DNA from: an uncultured delta proteobacterium
GTDB lineage: Bacteria; Myxococcota; Kuafuiibacteriia; Kuafuiibacteriales; Kuafuiibacteriaceae
NCBI GenBank assembly: GCA_963803435.1
Contig: CAWDML010000001.1
Location: 3,072,001-3,136,000, forward strand
DNA length: 64,000 nt
Reading direction: 5' to 3'
The notes beneath the pieces are model-generated. The model searched no databases, was not told where the DNA came from, and saw nothing but the letters and a program-made list of their open reading frames with translations. This document shows, piece after piece, positions 1 to 12,300 of the stretch. How positions within the stretch are numbered: position 1 is the stretch's first letter; the number at the start of each line of letters is the position of its first letter. The position numbers and the translations under genes were made by a program.

Positions 1-208
1 CGAGGTAGGCCGAGACCTCGACGTCCCGCCCGAGCTCGTCGGCGACGCGGGCCAGGTTGTCCACCACCACCACGAAGGTCGCGAGCACGGCGAGCGCGAC
101 ACCGATGGTACCGACCGCGAGGAGCGTGACACCGAGGGAGCGGGCCAGGGCGGAGAGCGCCATCCGCAGGAAGAAGCGCAGCCTCGGAAGCACGATCGCC
201 GGGAGCAT
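1..208 (-). CDS. ftsX: Cell division permease FtsX, N-terminal part (runs off window edge)
   Basis: My translation from ATG at 208: MLPAIVLPRLRFFLRMALSALARSLGVTLLAVGTIGVALAVLATFVVVVDNLARVADELGRDVEVSAYL. This fits the FtsX pattern of amphipathic helix, TM1, then 'NL...EVSxYL'. Confidence 0.7.
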   Translation of the reverse strand, partial: MLPAIVLPRLRFFLRMALSALARSLGVTLLAVGTIGVALAVLATFVVVVDNLARVADELGRDVEVSAYL

Positions 209-245
209 ACGCACATCCCGGGAGAACGTGAAAGGTGAGCGTCGG

Positions 246-440
246 TCAGAGCACGACGAACCGGACGATCGCAAAGACGACGAGCGGGATCAGGATGACA
301 GCGGCGAAGATGATCGCGTAGCCCCCAAACATGTTCCCCAACGGTGGTGTGTGCTCGCCGCGAAGGCCGTACGGTCCGATGTCGCCCTCCGGGATCGGGT
401 CGTCCGGGGCCGGATCCTCGTCGTCTGACCGCCCTTCCAC
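246..440 (-). CDS. Small membrane protein (acidic N-terminus, one C-terminal TM helix)
   Basis: 64-aa ORF with a clean hydrophobic C-terminal segment, on the same strand as and just upstream of ftsX. Confidence 0.45.
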   Translation of the reverse strand: MEGRSDDEDPAPDDPIPEGDIGPYGLRGEHTPPLGNMFGGYAIIFAAVILIPLVVFAIVRFVVL

Positions 441-499
441 GGGCTCCAGCTTACAAAATCGTTGACCCCCCGTGGGGCCTTTTGTTCATTGCGCCTCGC

Positions 500-1483
500 A
501 TGCTCCGGCTGCCCAAGTTCGAGGTCGCCGAGCCCGCGACCGTGGCGGAGGCGGCAGCGCTGCTGGCAGCGCACGGCGATCGTGCGCGGGCCATGGCCGG
601 CGGCACCGATCTGATGCCGAACATGAAGCATCGTCTGGTGACGCCCGAGCTGGTGGTGGGGCTGTGGCGGATCCAGGGTCTCACGGGGGTGAAGAAAGAG
701 CGCGGCCAAATCCGGATCGGCGCCCTGACCACGCTGCACGCGCTCAGCGAGGACCCGATCGTCCAGCGCGAGCTCCCGTCGCTGGCGGAGGCGACCGGGA
801 TGGTGGCGGGCCCGCAGCTCCGCCGCATGGGGACGATCGGCGGCAACGTCTGCCTCGACACGCGGTGCGTGTACATCAACCAGACCTACTTCTGGCGTCG
901 CGCGCTCGGGTTCTGTCTGAAGAAGGATGGGACGGTCTGTCACGTGGTGAAGGGCGGCCGGCGCTGCGTCGCCGCGGCCAGCAACGACAGCGCGCCGGTG
1001 CTGATGACGCTGGGCGCGACGCTGCGGATCCAGAACGTCTCCGGCGAGCGTGAGGTCTCGATCGACGACTTCTACACCAGCGACGGCGTGTTCAATCAGG
1101 AGCGCCGCCCCGACGACATCGTCACGGAGATCATCGTGCCGGTGCCGGGGCCCGACACCGTGATGGCGTACGCGAAGCTCCGGACCCGGGCGGCCATCGA
1201 CTTCCCGGAGCTGGGGGTGGCGGTGCTCGCGCGCACGGCGGACGGTCTGATCGCGCACGCGGACGTCTGCGTCACGGCCCTCGCCTCGCGTCCGATCCAC
1301 CTCTCCAAGCTCGAGCCGATCACCCGCGGCCGCCCCCTCGACCGCGCCGCCATCGACGCGATCGCGGCCGAGGCCTACCGCCGCTGCAAGCCGCTCTCGA
1401 ACATCGCCTCGGATCCGGCGTATCGCCGCGAGATGGTGCCGGTCTTCGTGAGGCGTGCGTTCAAACAGGCGCTCGCGCGATGA
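500..1483 (+). CDS. Xanthine dehydrogenase-family FAD subunit, 4-hydroxybenzoyl-CoA reductase beta (HcrB)-like
   Basis: AGGTDL and GTIGGN FAD motifs plus the Cys-rich insertion CLDTRC..NQ..WR..CLK..G..CHV....RC typical of the [4Fe-4S]-bearing HcrB type. Likely start MLRLPKF at 500. Confidence 0.8.
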   Translation: MLRLPKFEVAEPATVAEAAALLAAHGDRARAMAGGTDLMPNMKHRLVTPELVVGLWRIQGLTGVKKERGQIRIGALTTLHALSEDPIVQRELPSLAEATGMVAGPQLRRMGTIGGNVCLDTRCVYINQTYFWRRALGFCLKKDGTVCHVVKGGRRCVAAASNDSAPVLMTLGATLRIQNVSGEREVSIDDFYTSDGVFNQERRPDDIVTEIIVPVPGPDTVMAYAKLRTRAAIDFPELGVAVLARTADGLIAHADVCVTALASRPIHLSKLEPITRGRPLDRAAIDAIAAEAYRRCKPLSNIASDPAYRREMVPVFVRRAFKQALAR

Positions 1484-1815
1484 GGTCGGCGCTCGTCCTG
1501 GTCGTCGTGCTCGCCGGGTGCGGCGGCGGCGACGGACGGGTCATCGGCGATCAATGCAACAGCGGCAACACGTGCGGGGTGAACCCGCGCGCAGCCTGCA
1601 TCCTGGCCTGGCCGGAAGGCTATTGTACCGAGCTCGAGTGCGTCCTTGGTTCTTGTCCTTCGGGATCCCGGTGCGTTACACGCGTGTCCTTTCCCAATGT
1701 TCCGTTCGATGCCTTCTGTTTGGAGACCTGCGAGGCGACGGCCGAGTGCCGCGACCAGTACCGGTGCGTCGAGGTCTCCGCGACCGCGAAGGTCTGCGTT
1801 CCTGCTCAGCCTTAG
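1480..1815 (+). CDS. Cys-rich lipoprotein
   Basis: Lipobox LAGC after a hydrophobic stretch, many Cys, ATGA overlap with the upstream gene. Confidence 0.75.
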   Translation: MRSALVLVVVLAGCGGGDGRVIGDQCNSGNTCGVNPRAACILAWPEGYCTELECVLGSCPSGSRCVTRVSFPNVPFDAFCLETCEATAECRDQYRCVEVSATAKVCVPAQP

Positions 1816-2068
1816 CCCGCTGGCGCTCCTCCTCCTCTTCGCCTGTCACGGCCCCTGCCAGACGTTGGCGGAGCGGATCTGCAGCTGCGAGCCCAGCCGC
1901 CTGCTCGAGCAGGGCTGCCTCGAACAGGTGAACAGCGCCATGCAGCGACTATCGGCCAACAGCGCCGAGGAGGCGGCCTGCAGCGATCTCCTGGACACCT
2001 GCGACTGCGATGCGCTCGAGCGTGACGATCTGGCGGCGTGCGGGCTGGCCAAGCCGGAGGGCTCGTGA
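1790..2068 (+). CDS. Second Cys-rich lipoprotein (start uncertain)
   Basis: LALLLLFAC lipobox followed by CQTLAERICSC...CDC...CGLA. Its stop overlaps the GTG of the next gene. No clean start codon is visible near the signal peptide. Confidence 0.55.
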   Translation, partial: RSAFLLSLSPLALLLLFACHGPCQTLAERICSCEPSRLLEQGCLEQVNSAMQRLSANSAEEAACSDLLDTCDCDALERDDLAACGLAKPEGS

Positions 2069-3384
2069 CCGTCGTGGACACCGCGGAACGGCTCATCGAG
2101 GCCGGCGCCCGCGATCCCGAGGCGCGCGGTCTGTCGACGGTGGCGCGATCGCTGATCGGCAGCGAGATCCTCCGGATCGCCTACGAGGTCCGCGCGATCA
2201 TCGACGCCGGCACGAACGTCCTCGATCTGACGGTCGGCGACTTCAACAGCGCCGAGTTCCCCATCCCCGATGCGCTCCGGGAGGGGATCGTCCGGGCGCT
2301 CGCGGACGGACACACGAACTATCCTCCGGCCAGCGGGGTCCGCAGCTGCCGTGAGGCGGTCCAGGCCATGTTCGAGACGCGCCTCGGCCTCCGCTATCCG
2401 CTGGAGTCGGTGATGATCGCGGGCGGGGCGCGCCCCATGATCGCGGGGACGTACCTCTCGCTGCTCGATCCGGGCGAGCACGTGGTCTACGGCCTCCCCT
2501 CCTGGAACAACAACCACTATCGCGTGATGGTCGGCGCGCGCGCGGTCGAGATCTCGACCACCGTCGAGAGCCGCTTCTTTCTCCGGGCGGACGACGTCGC
2601 ACCCCACCTCGAGAAGGCTCGCCTCGTCTGCCTCAACTCGCCGCAGAACCCCACCGGAACGGTCATCGACGCGGCGGAGCTGGAGAAGATCGCGCGCGCG
2701 ATCGTCGAGGAGAACGAGCGCCGCGAGCGCTCGGGCCGCCGCGCGCTCTACCTGATGTTCGATCAGGTGTACTGGCTGCTGACCTTCGGGGACACGCGCC
2801 ACCATACGCCGGTGGAGCTGGTCCCGGAGATCGCGCCCTACACCATCTTCGTCGACGGCATCTCAAAGGGCTTCGCGGCCACCGGGCTGCGCGTCGGCTG
2901 GGCGGTCGGCCCGCCGGACGTGATGAAGCGGATGGGCGCGATCCTCACGCACATCGGGGCCTGGGCGCCGCGGCCCGAGCAGGTCGCGACGGCGCACCTC
3001 CTCTCCGATCGCGCCACGGTCGACGCCCACCTGACGACGATGCGGCGCGAGGTCCTCGCGCGCCTCGAGCTCCTCTCCAAGGGGATCGAGTCGCTCCACG
3101 CCAAGGGCTACGACGTGGAGGCGATCGCACCTCAGGGCGCCATCTATCTCTCGATGCGCATCAACATCCGCGGCAAGCGCACGCCGGACGGCAAGGTCCT
3201 GGAGACCGACGAGGACATCCGCGAGTACCTCCTCCACGCCGCACACATCGCGCTGATCCCCTTCTCTTGCTTCGGAGTGCAGGAGGATTGCGCCTGGTTC
3301 CGCGCCTCCGTCGGCGCCGTCAGCAAGGCGGATTGCGAGTCGATGGGCGCGCGCCTCGAGCAGGCCCTCTCGCTGCTCGGCTAG
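2065..3384 (+). CDS. PLP-dependent aminotransferase class I/II (aspartate aminotransferase-like)
   Basis: NSPQNPTG, DQVY and GISKGFAATGLRVGW (PLP Lys) motifs. GGAGG RBS precedes GTG at 2065. Confidence 0.9.
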   Translation: MTVVDTAERLIEAGARDPEARGLSTVARSLIGSEILRIAYEVRAIIDAGTNVLDLTVGDFNSAEFPIPDALREGIVRALADGHTNYPPASGVRSCREAVQAMFETRLGLRYPLESVMIAGGARPMIAGTYLSLLDPGEHVVYGLPSWNNNHYRVMVGARAVEISTTVESRFFLRADDVAPHLEKARLVCLNSPQNPTGTVIDAAELEKIARAIVEENERRERSGRRALYLMFDQVYWLLTFGDTRHHTPVELVPEIAPYTIFVDGISKGFAATGLRVGWAVGPPDVMKRMGAILTHIGAWAPRPEQVATAHLLSDRATVDAHLTTMRREVLARLELLSKGIESLHAKGYDVEAIAPQGAIYLSMRINIRGKRTPDGKVLETDEDIREYLLHAAHIALIPFSCFGVQEDCAWFRASVGAVSKADCESMGARLEQALSLLG

Positions 3385-3474
3385 AGACCCGGGTGGGCTC
3401 GCAGTTTTCGGGTGTCGACGCGGGGCTGCGCCAAAACGGAATTCGAGTGAACTCGAGCGTTTGAAGCAGCCTCG

Positions 3475-4623
3475 CTAACTGGACTTGGGGACGCCGTTCT
3501 TGCCGTGCTCGCGATGCGTCACCTGCGTGACGCGGGTGGCCCGCGATGCGAGCCAACCTCGGACCACCGGGAAGATCTCGTCCGGAGCGCGGCGGCCGAG
3601 CAGCAGGCTGCCGTGCCCATAGTCGTCCTCGCAGCCGGTCGCGCTCCCGAACACGCGGAACGTGACATCGCGGGAGCTCGCCCGATCCCGGACGTGCGTG
3701 ATCGACGACGGCGGCGCGATCCGATCGTGCGAGCCGGCGATCAGGAGGAGCGGCTTGTCGATGCGGCGGAACTCGTCCTCGTCGACGCACCCGCCGGCGG
3801 TGCAGAAGGATCCGGTGTGGAGCCACTCGATCCCCTGGCGCGCGACGCCGGGATAGACGTCGTCCGCCAGCGACGCGAACACCCTGCGGAGCACGGGACC
3901 GGACATCGTCCGCAGATCCGTCAAGACGAAGCGCCCGATCAGCTGCACGAGCCACGCGATCGGGAGGCCGAGCTTCCCCAGGAGCGCGAGCGGGACACGC
4001 AGGCCGAGGTACACGAGGAACAGGCCGGGGAGGCGCACCATCCAGGCGCCGATCTGCTGGAAGCGCAGCGTGCCCGGGCTCGCCAGCGTCACCAGGCCCG
4101 CGACCTTCTCGGCGGCCGGAAGACCGCGCGCGTGGAGGAGGTACTGGAGAATTCCGCCCCACGAGTGGCCGACCCAGAAGAGCCGCTCGGCGCCGGAGAG
4201 ATCGAGCACCGTCTCGATGGCGAGCGGGACGTCCTCGGAGACCTCGTCGTCGACGCTCCAGTCGGCGCCCTTCGGCACCCGCGCCCGCCCGCGGCCGCGC
4301 AGCTCCACCACCCAGGTGTCGAACCCACCGCGCACGAGGGCGCGGGCCAGCGACAATCGATCGCTGCCGGTGCCGTCGTCGGTGAAGTCCATGTTGAAGC
4401 GGTTGGCGCCGAGGCCGTGGCAAAGGAGAAGTGGCTCCCTAAATCGGCGGTTTTCCGGCGGATAGTGGTAGAGCGCGATGTGGTGTCCGACGGTCGGCAG
4501 CTCCACCTCGATCGTCTCCACCACCGGCTCGGGCAGCCGGTACCTGCGCGTGAGGATCACCACCGCGAGCCCATACACGATCGCCAGCGCGAGCAGGATC
4601 AGCGCGATCACGGCGGCGTCCAT
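3475..4623 (-). CDS. Membrane-anchored alpha/beta hydrolase (lipase/esterase-like)
   Basis: N-terminal TM, HGLGAN oxyanion region, GHSWGG nucleophile elbow, GSHD and YGH acid/His positions. Confidence 0.85.
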   Translation of the reverse strand: MDAAVIALILLALAIVYGLAVVILTRRYRLPEPVVETIEVELPTVGHHIALYHYPPENRRFREPLLLCHGLGANRFNMDFTDDGTGSDRLSLARALVRGGFDTWVVELRGRGRARVPKGADWSVDDEVSEDVPLAIETVLDLSGAERLFWVGHSWGGILQYLLHARGLPAAEKVAGLVTLASPGTLRFQQIGAWMVRLPGLFLVYLGLRVPLALLGKLGLPIAWLVQLIGRFVLTDLRTMSGPVLRRVFASLADDVYPGVARQGIEWLHTGSFCTAGGCVDEDEFRRIDKPLLLIAGSHDRIAPPSSITHVRDRASSRDVTFRVFGSATGCEDDYGHGSLLLGRRAPDEIFPVVRGWLASRATRVTQVTHREHGKNGVPKSS

Positions 4624-4668
4624 CGTCGGGCTCCCTCCCCTCCCACGCCCATGCTACGTTAGCCCACC

Positions 4669-5568
4669 GTGTCCTCGCCAGCTGGAGGTCGCCCCGTTCG
4701 GGGGCCACGCCGTCGAATTCGGTTCGACCTCCACAAGGCGATGTTCGTCCTCCCCAATCTCTTCACGGTCTCGAGCATCTTCTGTGGCTTTTATGCGGTG
4801 ACCCTCTGCCTCAGCCCGCAGCCCGAGCCCATCCACCTGTACCGCGCCGCTGTGGCGATCTTCTTCGGCATGTTCTTCGACATGTTCGACGGTCGGGTGG
4901 CCCGATTGACGCGCACGCAGAGCGACTTCGGTGTGCAGCTCGACTCGCTGGCGGACCTGGTGTCGTTCGGCGTGGCGCCCGCGGTGCTGCTGTACAAGTG
5001 GATGCTGGCGGATCTCGGCTTCCTCGGTCTGATGGTCGGGTTCGTCTACGTGGCGTGCGGCGCGCTCCGGTTGGCGCGGTTCAACGTCCTCGCCGCGCGT
5101 GAGCATGGCTCCTCGAAGTACTTCCTCGGCCTCCCGATCCCGCTGGCCGCGGGCTCCGTGGTGTCGCTGGTGATGTCGAACTTTCCCTTCGACACGCCGT
5201 ATCTGACGCCGGTGAGCGTCGCTGTGATCGCGCTCGTCTTGTCGGGCCTCATGGTATCCAACGTCCGTTACCGGACGTTCAAGGATCTCCGCCCCTCGAA
5301 GAAGTCGATCACGATCAGCTTCGTGCTCGTCGTGATCTTCGCCGGCCTCTCGACGCGCCTGAAGCCCACGATCGCGCTGGCGTCGTTCTTCCTCGGGTAC
5401 ATCGGCCTCGGCCTGGCCGAGGGCGTGATCTTCTTCAAGGCGCGCCGTCCGCCCCGTCAGACCGCCGTCCCGGACGAGGAGTCCGAGCCCACCGAGGGCG
5501 ACGAGGAGTTCGCGGACGACGAAGACGACGACGAGGAAGAGCCCGAGATCCAGGAAGGCACCGCCTGA
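4669..5568 (+). CDS. pssA: CDP-diacylglycerol--serine O-phosphatidyltransferase
   Basis: LPNLFT start and CDP-alcohol phosphotransferase motif DMFDGRVAR...G..LDSLAD.VSFGVAP, then LRLARFN. Acidic C-terminal tail. Confidence 0.9.
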   Translation: MSSPAGGRPVRGPRRRIRFDLHKAMFVLPNLFTVSSIFCGFYAVTLCLSPQPEPIHLYRAAVAIFFGMFFDMFDGRVARLTRTQSDFGVQLDSLADLVSFGVAPAVLLYKWMLADLGFLGLMVGFVYVACGALRLARFNVLAAREHGSSKYFLGLPIPLAAGSVVSLVMSNFPFDTPYLTPVSVAVIALVLSGLMVSNVRYRTFKDLRPSKKSITISFVLVVIFAGLSTRLKPTIALASFFLGYIGLGLAEGVIFFKARRPPRQTAVPDEESEPTEGDEEFADDEDDDEEEPEIQEGTA

Positions 5569-5644
5569 CATCCACCCACAGGCATCTCACCGTCCGGCCT
5601 ATGACCGATGGTCCAAGCATGCGGGTTTGAGCGCTTGTAGCACC

Positions 5645-7040
<1,396 letters not shown>

Positions 7041-7051
<11 letters not shown>

Positions 7052-7730
7052 ATCAAATCTCGCCCTCCTGCTCCTCCCGCTGGCGGTCGCCTGCAACGCG
7101 TCCCCGTCGGAGGGCCTCGACACCGGCACGACGACGACGCCCGACGGCGGCGTGACGAACGACGACGGCGGGACCCCGACGCCCGACTCCGGCATCCCCC
7201 CGGGCTTCGCCGTCTCCGAGAAGGCCAACCTGCGCTTCAAGGAGGTCCTCCGGCTGACCAACGACTTCGCCCAGTCCCTCGAGCTCGCGCCCGAGGAGGT
7301 CTGCAGCGAGCTCGGCCAGTACGACTGCCGCTACGTCCACAACATCGCGCTCGGCGGCGTGGAGCCGTACGAGCTGGGGCTGGTGGAGCCGACACCGTCG
7401 ACGACGATCACCACCCCCATCGCGGTGGAGCGCCTGGCCGTTCACGCCTGCGAGCTGCGCGTGACCCGCGATCTCGACAATCCGGCGGCCGCCATCTTCA
7501 AGGGGCTGCTGAGCGGATCGATCGCGAACCTCGACGACCCCGCGGTCGCGGCGATGATCGATCAGCTCTACAAGCACGCGGAGCAACGGCCCGCGAAGGA
7601 CACCGAGGTCGATCACCTGAAGCAGCTCTATCGCGACATCGACGCGCTCGGCGTCGACAACCCGGCGCGCCAGTGGGCGATCGCGACCTGCGTCGCCGTC
7701 CTCACGTCGGTCGAGACGCTGTTCTACTAG
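7041..7730 (+). CDS. Lipoprotein, uncharacterised
   Basis: LAVAC lipobox, Thr/Asp/Gly linker, Cys-containing C-terminal domain. Overlaps the upstream gene. Confidence 0.75.
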
Positions 7731-7741
7731 GAGGCTGCAGG

Positions 7742-9235
7742 ATGAGACTGAACAGAAGACAGATCCTCAAGAGCCTCGCGATGTGCTCGGCCGGCGGCGG
7801 CAGCGGGCTGGCGACCCTGCTCGCGGCGCGGCGCGGCGTCGCGCAGGACACGCCCAAGCCGAAGTTCTTGATCGTGGTGGCGGGCGCGGGCGGCGCCTCC
7901 CTGATCGACAGCTTCCTGGCGATCCGCACCTCGGAGGCGGGCCCGAATGGGCCGAACATCAACACCTATCAAGACAGCGAGGTGGCTACGATCGCCGACT
8001 CGCCCTTCCGCGCCGTGAACCTGTCGCGCAACGCGGTGGGCGCGATCCCGATCCCGTTCTCCTCCAACCAGAGCGCGTTCGTGTCGAAGCACAAGAACGA
8101 TCTGATGGTGGTGACGCAGACCGGGACCAGCGTGAATCACACGATCGCGCAGAAGCGATCCCTCACCGGCAACGACGCCTGGGGCGGACGCACGCTGCAG
8201 GAGGCCGTGGCCGCCTACTACGGCGCCGGCGCGCCGATCCCCAACGTCAACATGGCGGCCGGCGGCTACCTCGAGCCCGGCATCGATCGCACGCTCCCGC
8301 CCTACGCGCGTTCGGAGCCGGTGGGCCAGGCGGCGCTGTGGCCGCTCTCGCTCGACGGCCGGCGCGGGTTCAAGGGCGCGCCCTCGGAGGACGTGCTCGC
8401 GCTGGCGCGCAAGGTCCGCGATGAGAAGCTCGAGCCCGAGTCGAGCTTCGTGAAGACGTTCAACAAGAGCTCGCGCCTCGAGCTGTGGCGCGCGCAGCGG
8501 GCTCAGCAACCCAACCTGCAGTCCCTGGATCTGATCACCAAGCTCAACGTCTTCCCCGACGCGCCGCCGCAGCTCCCGCTCTCCGAGTACGGGCTGGAGC
8601 AGTCACCCGACGGCGCGGCGGTTCTTCAGGCGTTCCCGAACCTGCTGACCGATCCGCTGGAGGCGCAGGCGGCCCTGGCGTTCCTGTTGCTCAAGAACCG
8701 AGTCTCCGTGACAGTGACAATCGCGCCCTCCTTCAACGTGCTCCTCGATCTCGACGGCTTCCCGCCGCAGGTCACCAATCCGCCGCTGGCCTTCGACTTC
8801 TCGCATCAGAGCCACCGGGCGGCGCAGGCCGTCATGTGGGGGCGGATCCTGGGAATGGCGGATCGGCTGTCGGATCTGCTGAAGAGCACCGAATTCGAGG
8901 CGGGGGAGAGCTTCTGGGATCGGACGATGATCTACTTCGCGTCCGACTTCGGTCGGACCAAGCGGCGTCCTTCGAACGCAGACGATTTCGGCAGCTCGCA
9001 TGATCTGAACAACGGCTATGCGATCCTGTCGCCGCTCGCGAACGGCAACCAGGTCCTCGGCGGTGTGGACCCGACCACCGCGCTGACGTACGGCTTCGAT
9101 CCGACGACCGGCGCGCCCGATCCGGGCCGGACGATGAAGGAGATGGAGATCTACGCCGGGATCCTGCACGCCCTGGGTGTGGACACCTCCGGGAGCGGTC
9201 TTCCGGACATGCGGCCGATGCGTAAGAACGCCTGA
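7742..9235 (+). CDS. Tat-exported DUF1501-like protein
   Basis: LNRRQILK twin-arginine signal, FDFSH and ASDFGRT motifs and a G.VLGG.D C-terminal pattern. GGAGG RBS. Confidence 0.75.
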   Translation: MRLNRRQILKSLAMCSAGGGSGLATLLAARRGVAQDTPKPKFLIVVAGAGGASLIDSFLAIRTSEAGPNGPNINTYQDSEVATIADSPFRAVNLSRNAVGAIPIPFSSNQSAFVSKHKNDLMVVTQTGTSVNHTIAQKRSLTGNDAWGGRTLQEAVAAYYGAGAPIPNVNMAAGGYLEPGIDRTLPPYARSEPVGQAALWPLSLDGRRGFKGAPSEDVLALARKVRDEKLEPESSFVKTFNKSSRLELWRAQRAQQPNLQSLDLITKLNVFPDAPPQLPLSEYGLEQSPDGAAVLQAFPNLLTDPLEAQAALAFLLLKNRVSVTVTIAPSFNVLLDLDGFPPQVTNPPLAFDFSHQSHRAAQAVMWGRILGMADRLSDLLKSTEFEAGESFWDRTMIYFASDFGRTKRRPSNADDFGSSHDLNNGYAILSPLANGNQVLGGVDPTTALTYGFDPTTGAPDPGRTMKEMEIYAGILHALGVDTSGSGLPDMRPMRKNA

Positions 9236-9314
9236 CACCATCCCTTACAGCAGGATTGCCCACCCTGGACATCCGGCCACGGCTCCCTCCATGTTGCTTC
9301 CGCCTGGGCCAAAC

Positions 9315-12300
9315 ATGGGAAAGCTGAAGTACCTCCTCTCCGCCATACTCCTTCTGGTCTCGACGCAGGCGGGCGCGCAAGTGCTCGTCAAGACGACCCA
9401 ACCCATCACGTACACCTCGCTCCCGTCCCCCACGATCCTCGCCACGACCGGCGACGAAAACGAGTACACCGTGACGCCCCCGTTCCCGATCCAGTTCTAC
9501 GGGAGCACGTTCACGACGATCACCGTGGGCGACAATGTCGCCATCCTCTTTCCCGGGGGCCTCCAGGTCTCGCTGATCAACGAGACGCCCGGGAGCACGG
9601 TGACCCCGAACGGCTTCATCGCGCCCTTCTGGGACGACCAGGCCCAGTACGCCGCGAACATGGCGTACATCGGGCATCAAACCCAGGGCACGGCACCGAA
9701 CCGCACCTTCACCGTGGAGTGGTTCCACAACAGTCGTTACCCGACGACCGCCACTCAGTTCAGCGTCGAGGTGCGCTTCTTCGAGGGGCAGCAGCGCTAT
9801 GAGATCGACTACGGCGACATCACCGGCACCGGGACCTACAACGCGACCATGGGCATGGAGGATCCCGCGGGTGGCAACCCGTTCTTCTTCGCACCCAGCA
9901 ACTGCGTGACCCTGTGCAGCCAGGCGGACTTCGCCGCGGTCAGCAACATGCGCGTGATCATCGCGCAGCCGATCACGCCCGAGCTGACCGGGAGCTTCGG
10001 GACCAACTGGCCGCGCGGTGCTTTCCCAGGGATGACGGCGACCGGCAACCTGATCCTCCGCAACCTCGCGACCAACACGGCCACCGCGGTGCTCACGCGG
10101 GTCTACCTCTCCACCGACGGCACGCTCGATGCGTCGGATCCGATGGTCGGGAGCATCACCACGCCGACGCTCCCGAACGGCAACACGACGGCGCCGGTGA
10201 CGATCACCGTCCCGAACGGAACCCCGGTCGGCGACTACTACCTGTTCGCCCGGATCGACGCCAACGATGCGTGGTCGGAGATCAACGAGTCCGACAACGT
10301 CTTCGCCGGGCCTCGCTTCGCCACCGCGTACGAGCTCCAGCCCACGCGGGTCTCGACCAGCCTGCCCGGCATCAACCCGGGGGCCACCGCCACCTTCGAC
10401 GTGGAGATCACGAACAACGGCGTGCCGCGGGTCGGCTCGCTCGACATCAGCGTGTACGCCTCGGTCGACGACGTCCTCGACGGGATGGATCGCTTCATGT
10501 TCACGGGCACCGTGAACCTGACCGGAGCCAACGTGGAGACTGCGCCCGTCTCGGGCACGGCGCCCAACCTGGCGCCGGGGAGCTATTACGCGATCGCGGT
10601 CGTGGATCCGATGAACACGATCTCCGAGACCAACGAGGCCAACAACACGGTCGTCTCGGTGATGCCCATCCCGTCGGGCCCGGACTTCTCCGTCGCCGCG
10701 GTCACCGTCCCCGCCTCCGTCGTCCCTGGCGGAATGGCTGCGATCACCACGACGCTGGGCTCGCTGTCGGTGCCGTTCACCGGCAACGTGACCTACCGGC
10801 TGTGGGCCTCCACCGATCAGATGGTCGGGAACGACACGCTGCTCGGCAACTTCACCGCCACCTTCGCGGGGGAGGCTTCGCTCCCCGACACCGAGAACGT
10901 GCTCTTCCCGGCCCAGCTCGCCACCGGCTCGTACTACGTGATCGCTCAGGTCGACCCGACCAACGCGATCGCCGAGGTCAGCGAGACCAACAACATGGGC
11001 GTCTCTGCGACCGCGATCCTCAACGGGCCTGACTTCCGGATCACCTCTCCAACGTTCACGCCCGCGACGGCCCAGGTCGGTAACACGATCACGGTCAACG
11101 CGACGCTCAACTCGATCGGTGTCCCGTTCACCGGCAACGTCGGTTACGGCGTCTTCATCTCGCCGAACCCCGAGTTCGATCCCGGCGACGTCTTGATCTA
11201 CTCCTCGCAGGTCCTGGTCAGCGGCCTGAGCACGGCGCCGATCAGCGCCAACTTCGCGCTACCGACCGTGGTGCCCGGCACCTACACGCTCTTCGTGGTG
11301 GCGGATCCGGCGAACACCATCGCAGAGGCGAACGAGACCAACAACGCCACCGCCGGCCCCGGCAGCTTCACGGTGCAGGGCGCCGATCTGCGCGTCGCCA
11401 GCATCACCGGCGATCCGGTCGCGTTCATCGGCCGCACCTATCAGGTCACGCTCACGATCGAGAACACCGGCGTCGCCGACGCCCGCGGCTTCCAGTACGC
11501 CTACTACCTCTCGGAGGACCAGGCGATCCGCGTGTTCGACACCCAGGTGCTCATCTCCGGGACCGCCACCATCGCGGCCGGCGCGCAGCAGACGTTCGTC
11601 GACACCCTCACCTTCCCCACGTTCACCGCGACGACCTCGCTGTATCTGGGCGTCCTGGTCGACATCTACAGCCGCGTGCCCGAGACCAACCCGAACAACA
11701 ACATCGGTCACACACAGCAGCCGCTCCGCATCGTGTTCCCCATTCCGGACCTCGCGGGTTCGATCGTGGAGACCGCGACCGCCGCCGCCGCCGGCGAGCA
11801 GCTCGCCATCACCCGACAGATCACGAACGCCGGCGTCGCCGACGCCATGTCCTTCTCCTATCGCTACTACCTGTCGACCAACGCGATGATCTCGACGGAC
11901 GACATCGAGCTCGGCCGCTTCAATCTCAGCCTGCCCGAGGGCGGGGACGACTACGGCGTCGACGTCCTGACCGTGCCTTCCAACGTCTCGCCGGGCACGT
12001 ACTACCTGGGCATGATCGTGGATCCCGACGACCTCCTCGACGAGGTCGACGAGGAGAACAACGTCGCGCTCGGACCGCAGATCCCGGTGTACCGCGCCGC
12101 CATCCAGTTCGTGACCGATCGCCTCCCGAACGGCATCACCGGCGTGCCCTATCAGGTCGGCGTCTATGCCCGCGGTGGACCGCTCCCGATCACCTGGTCG
12201 GTACAGAGCGGGGCGCTCCCGGCCGGGCTCACCATCGGGGTCGATTCCGGCATCATCGGCGGCACGCCCACCTCGGAGGGCGTCTCGCAGTTCGTGCTGC

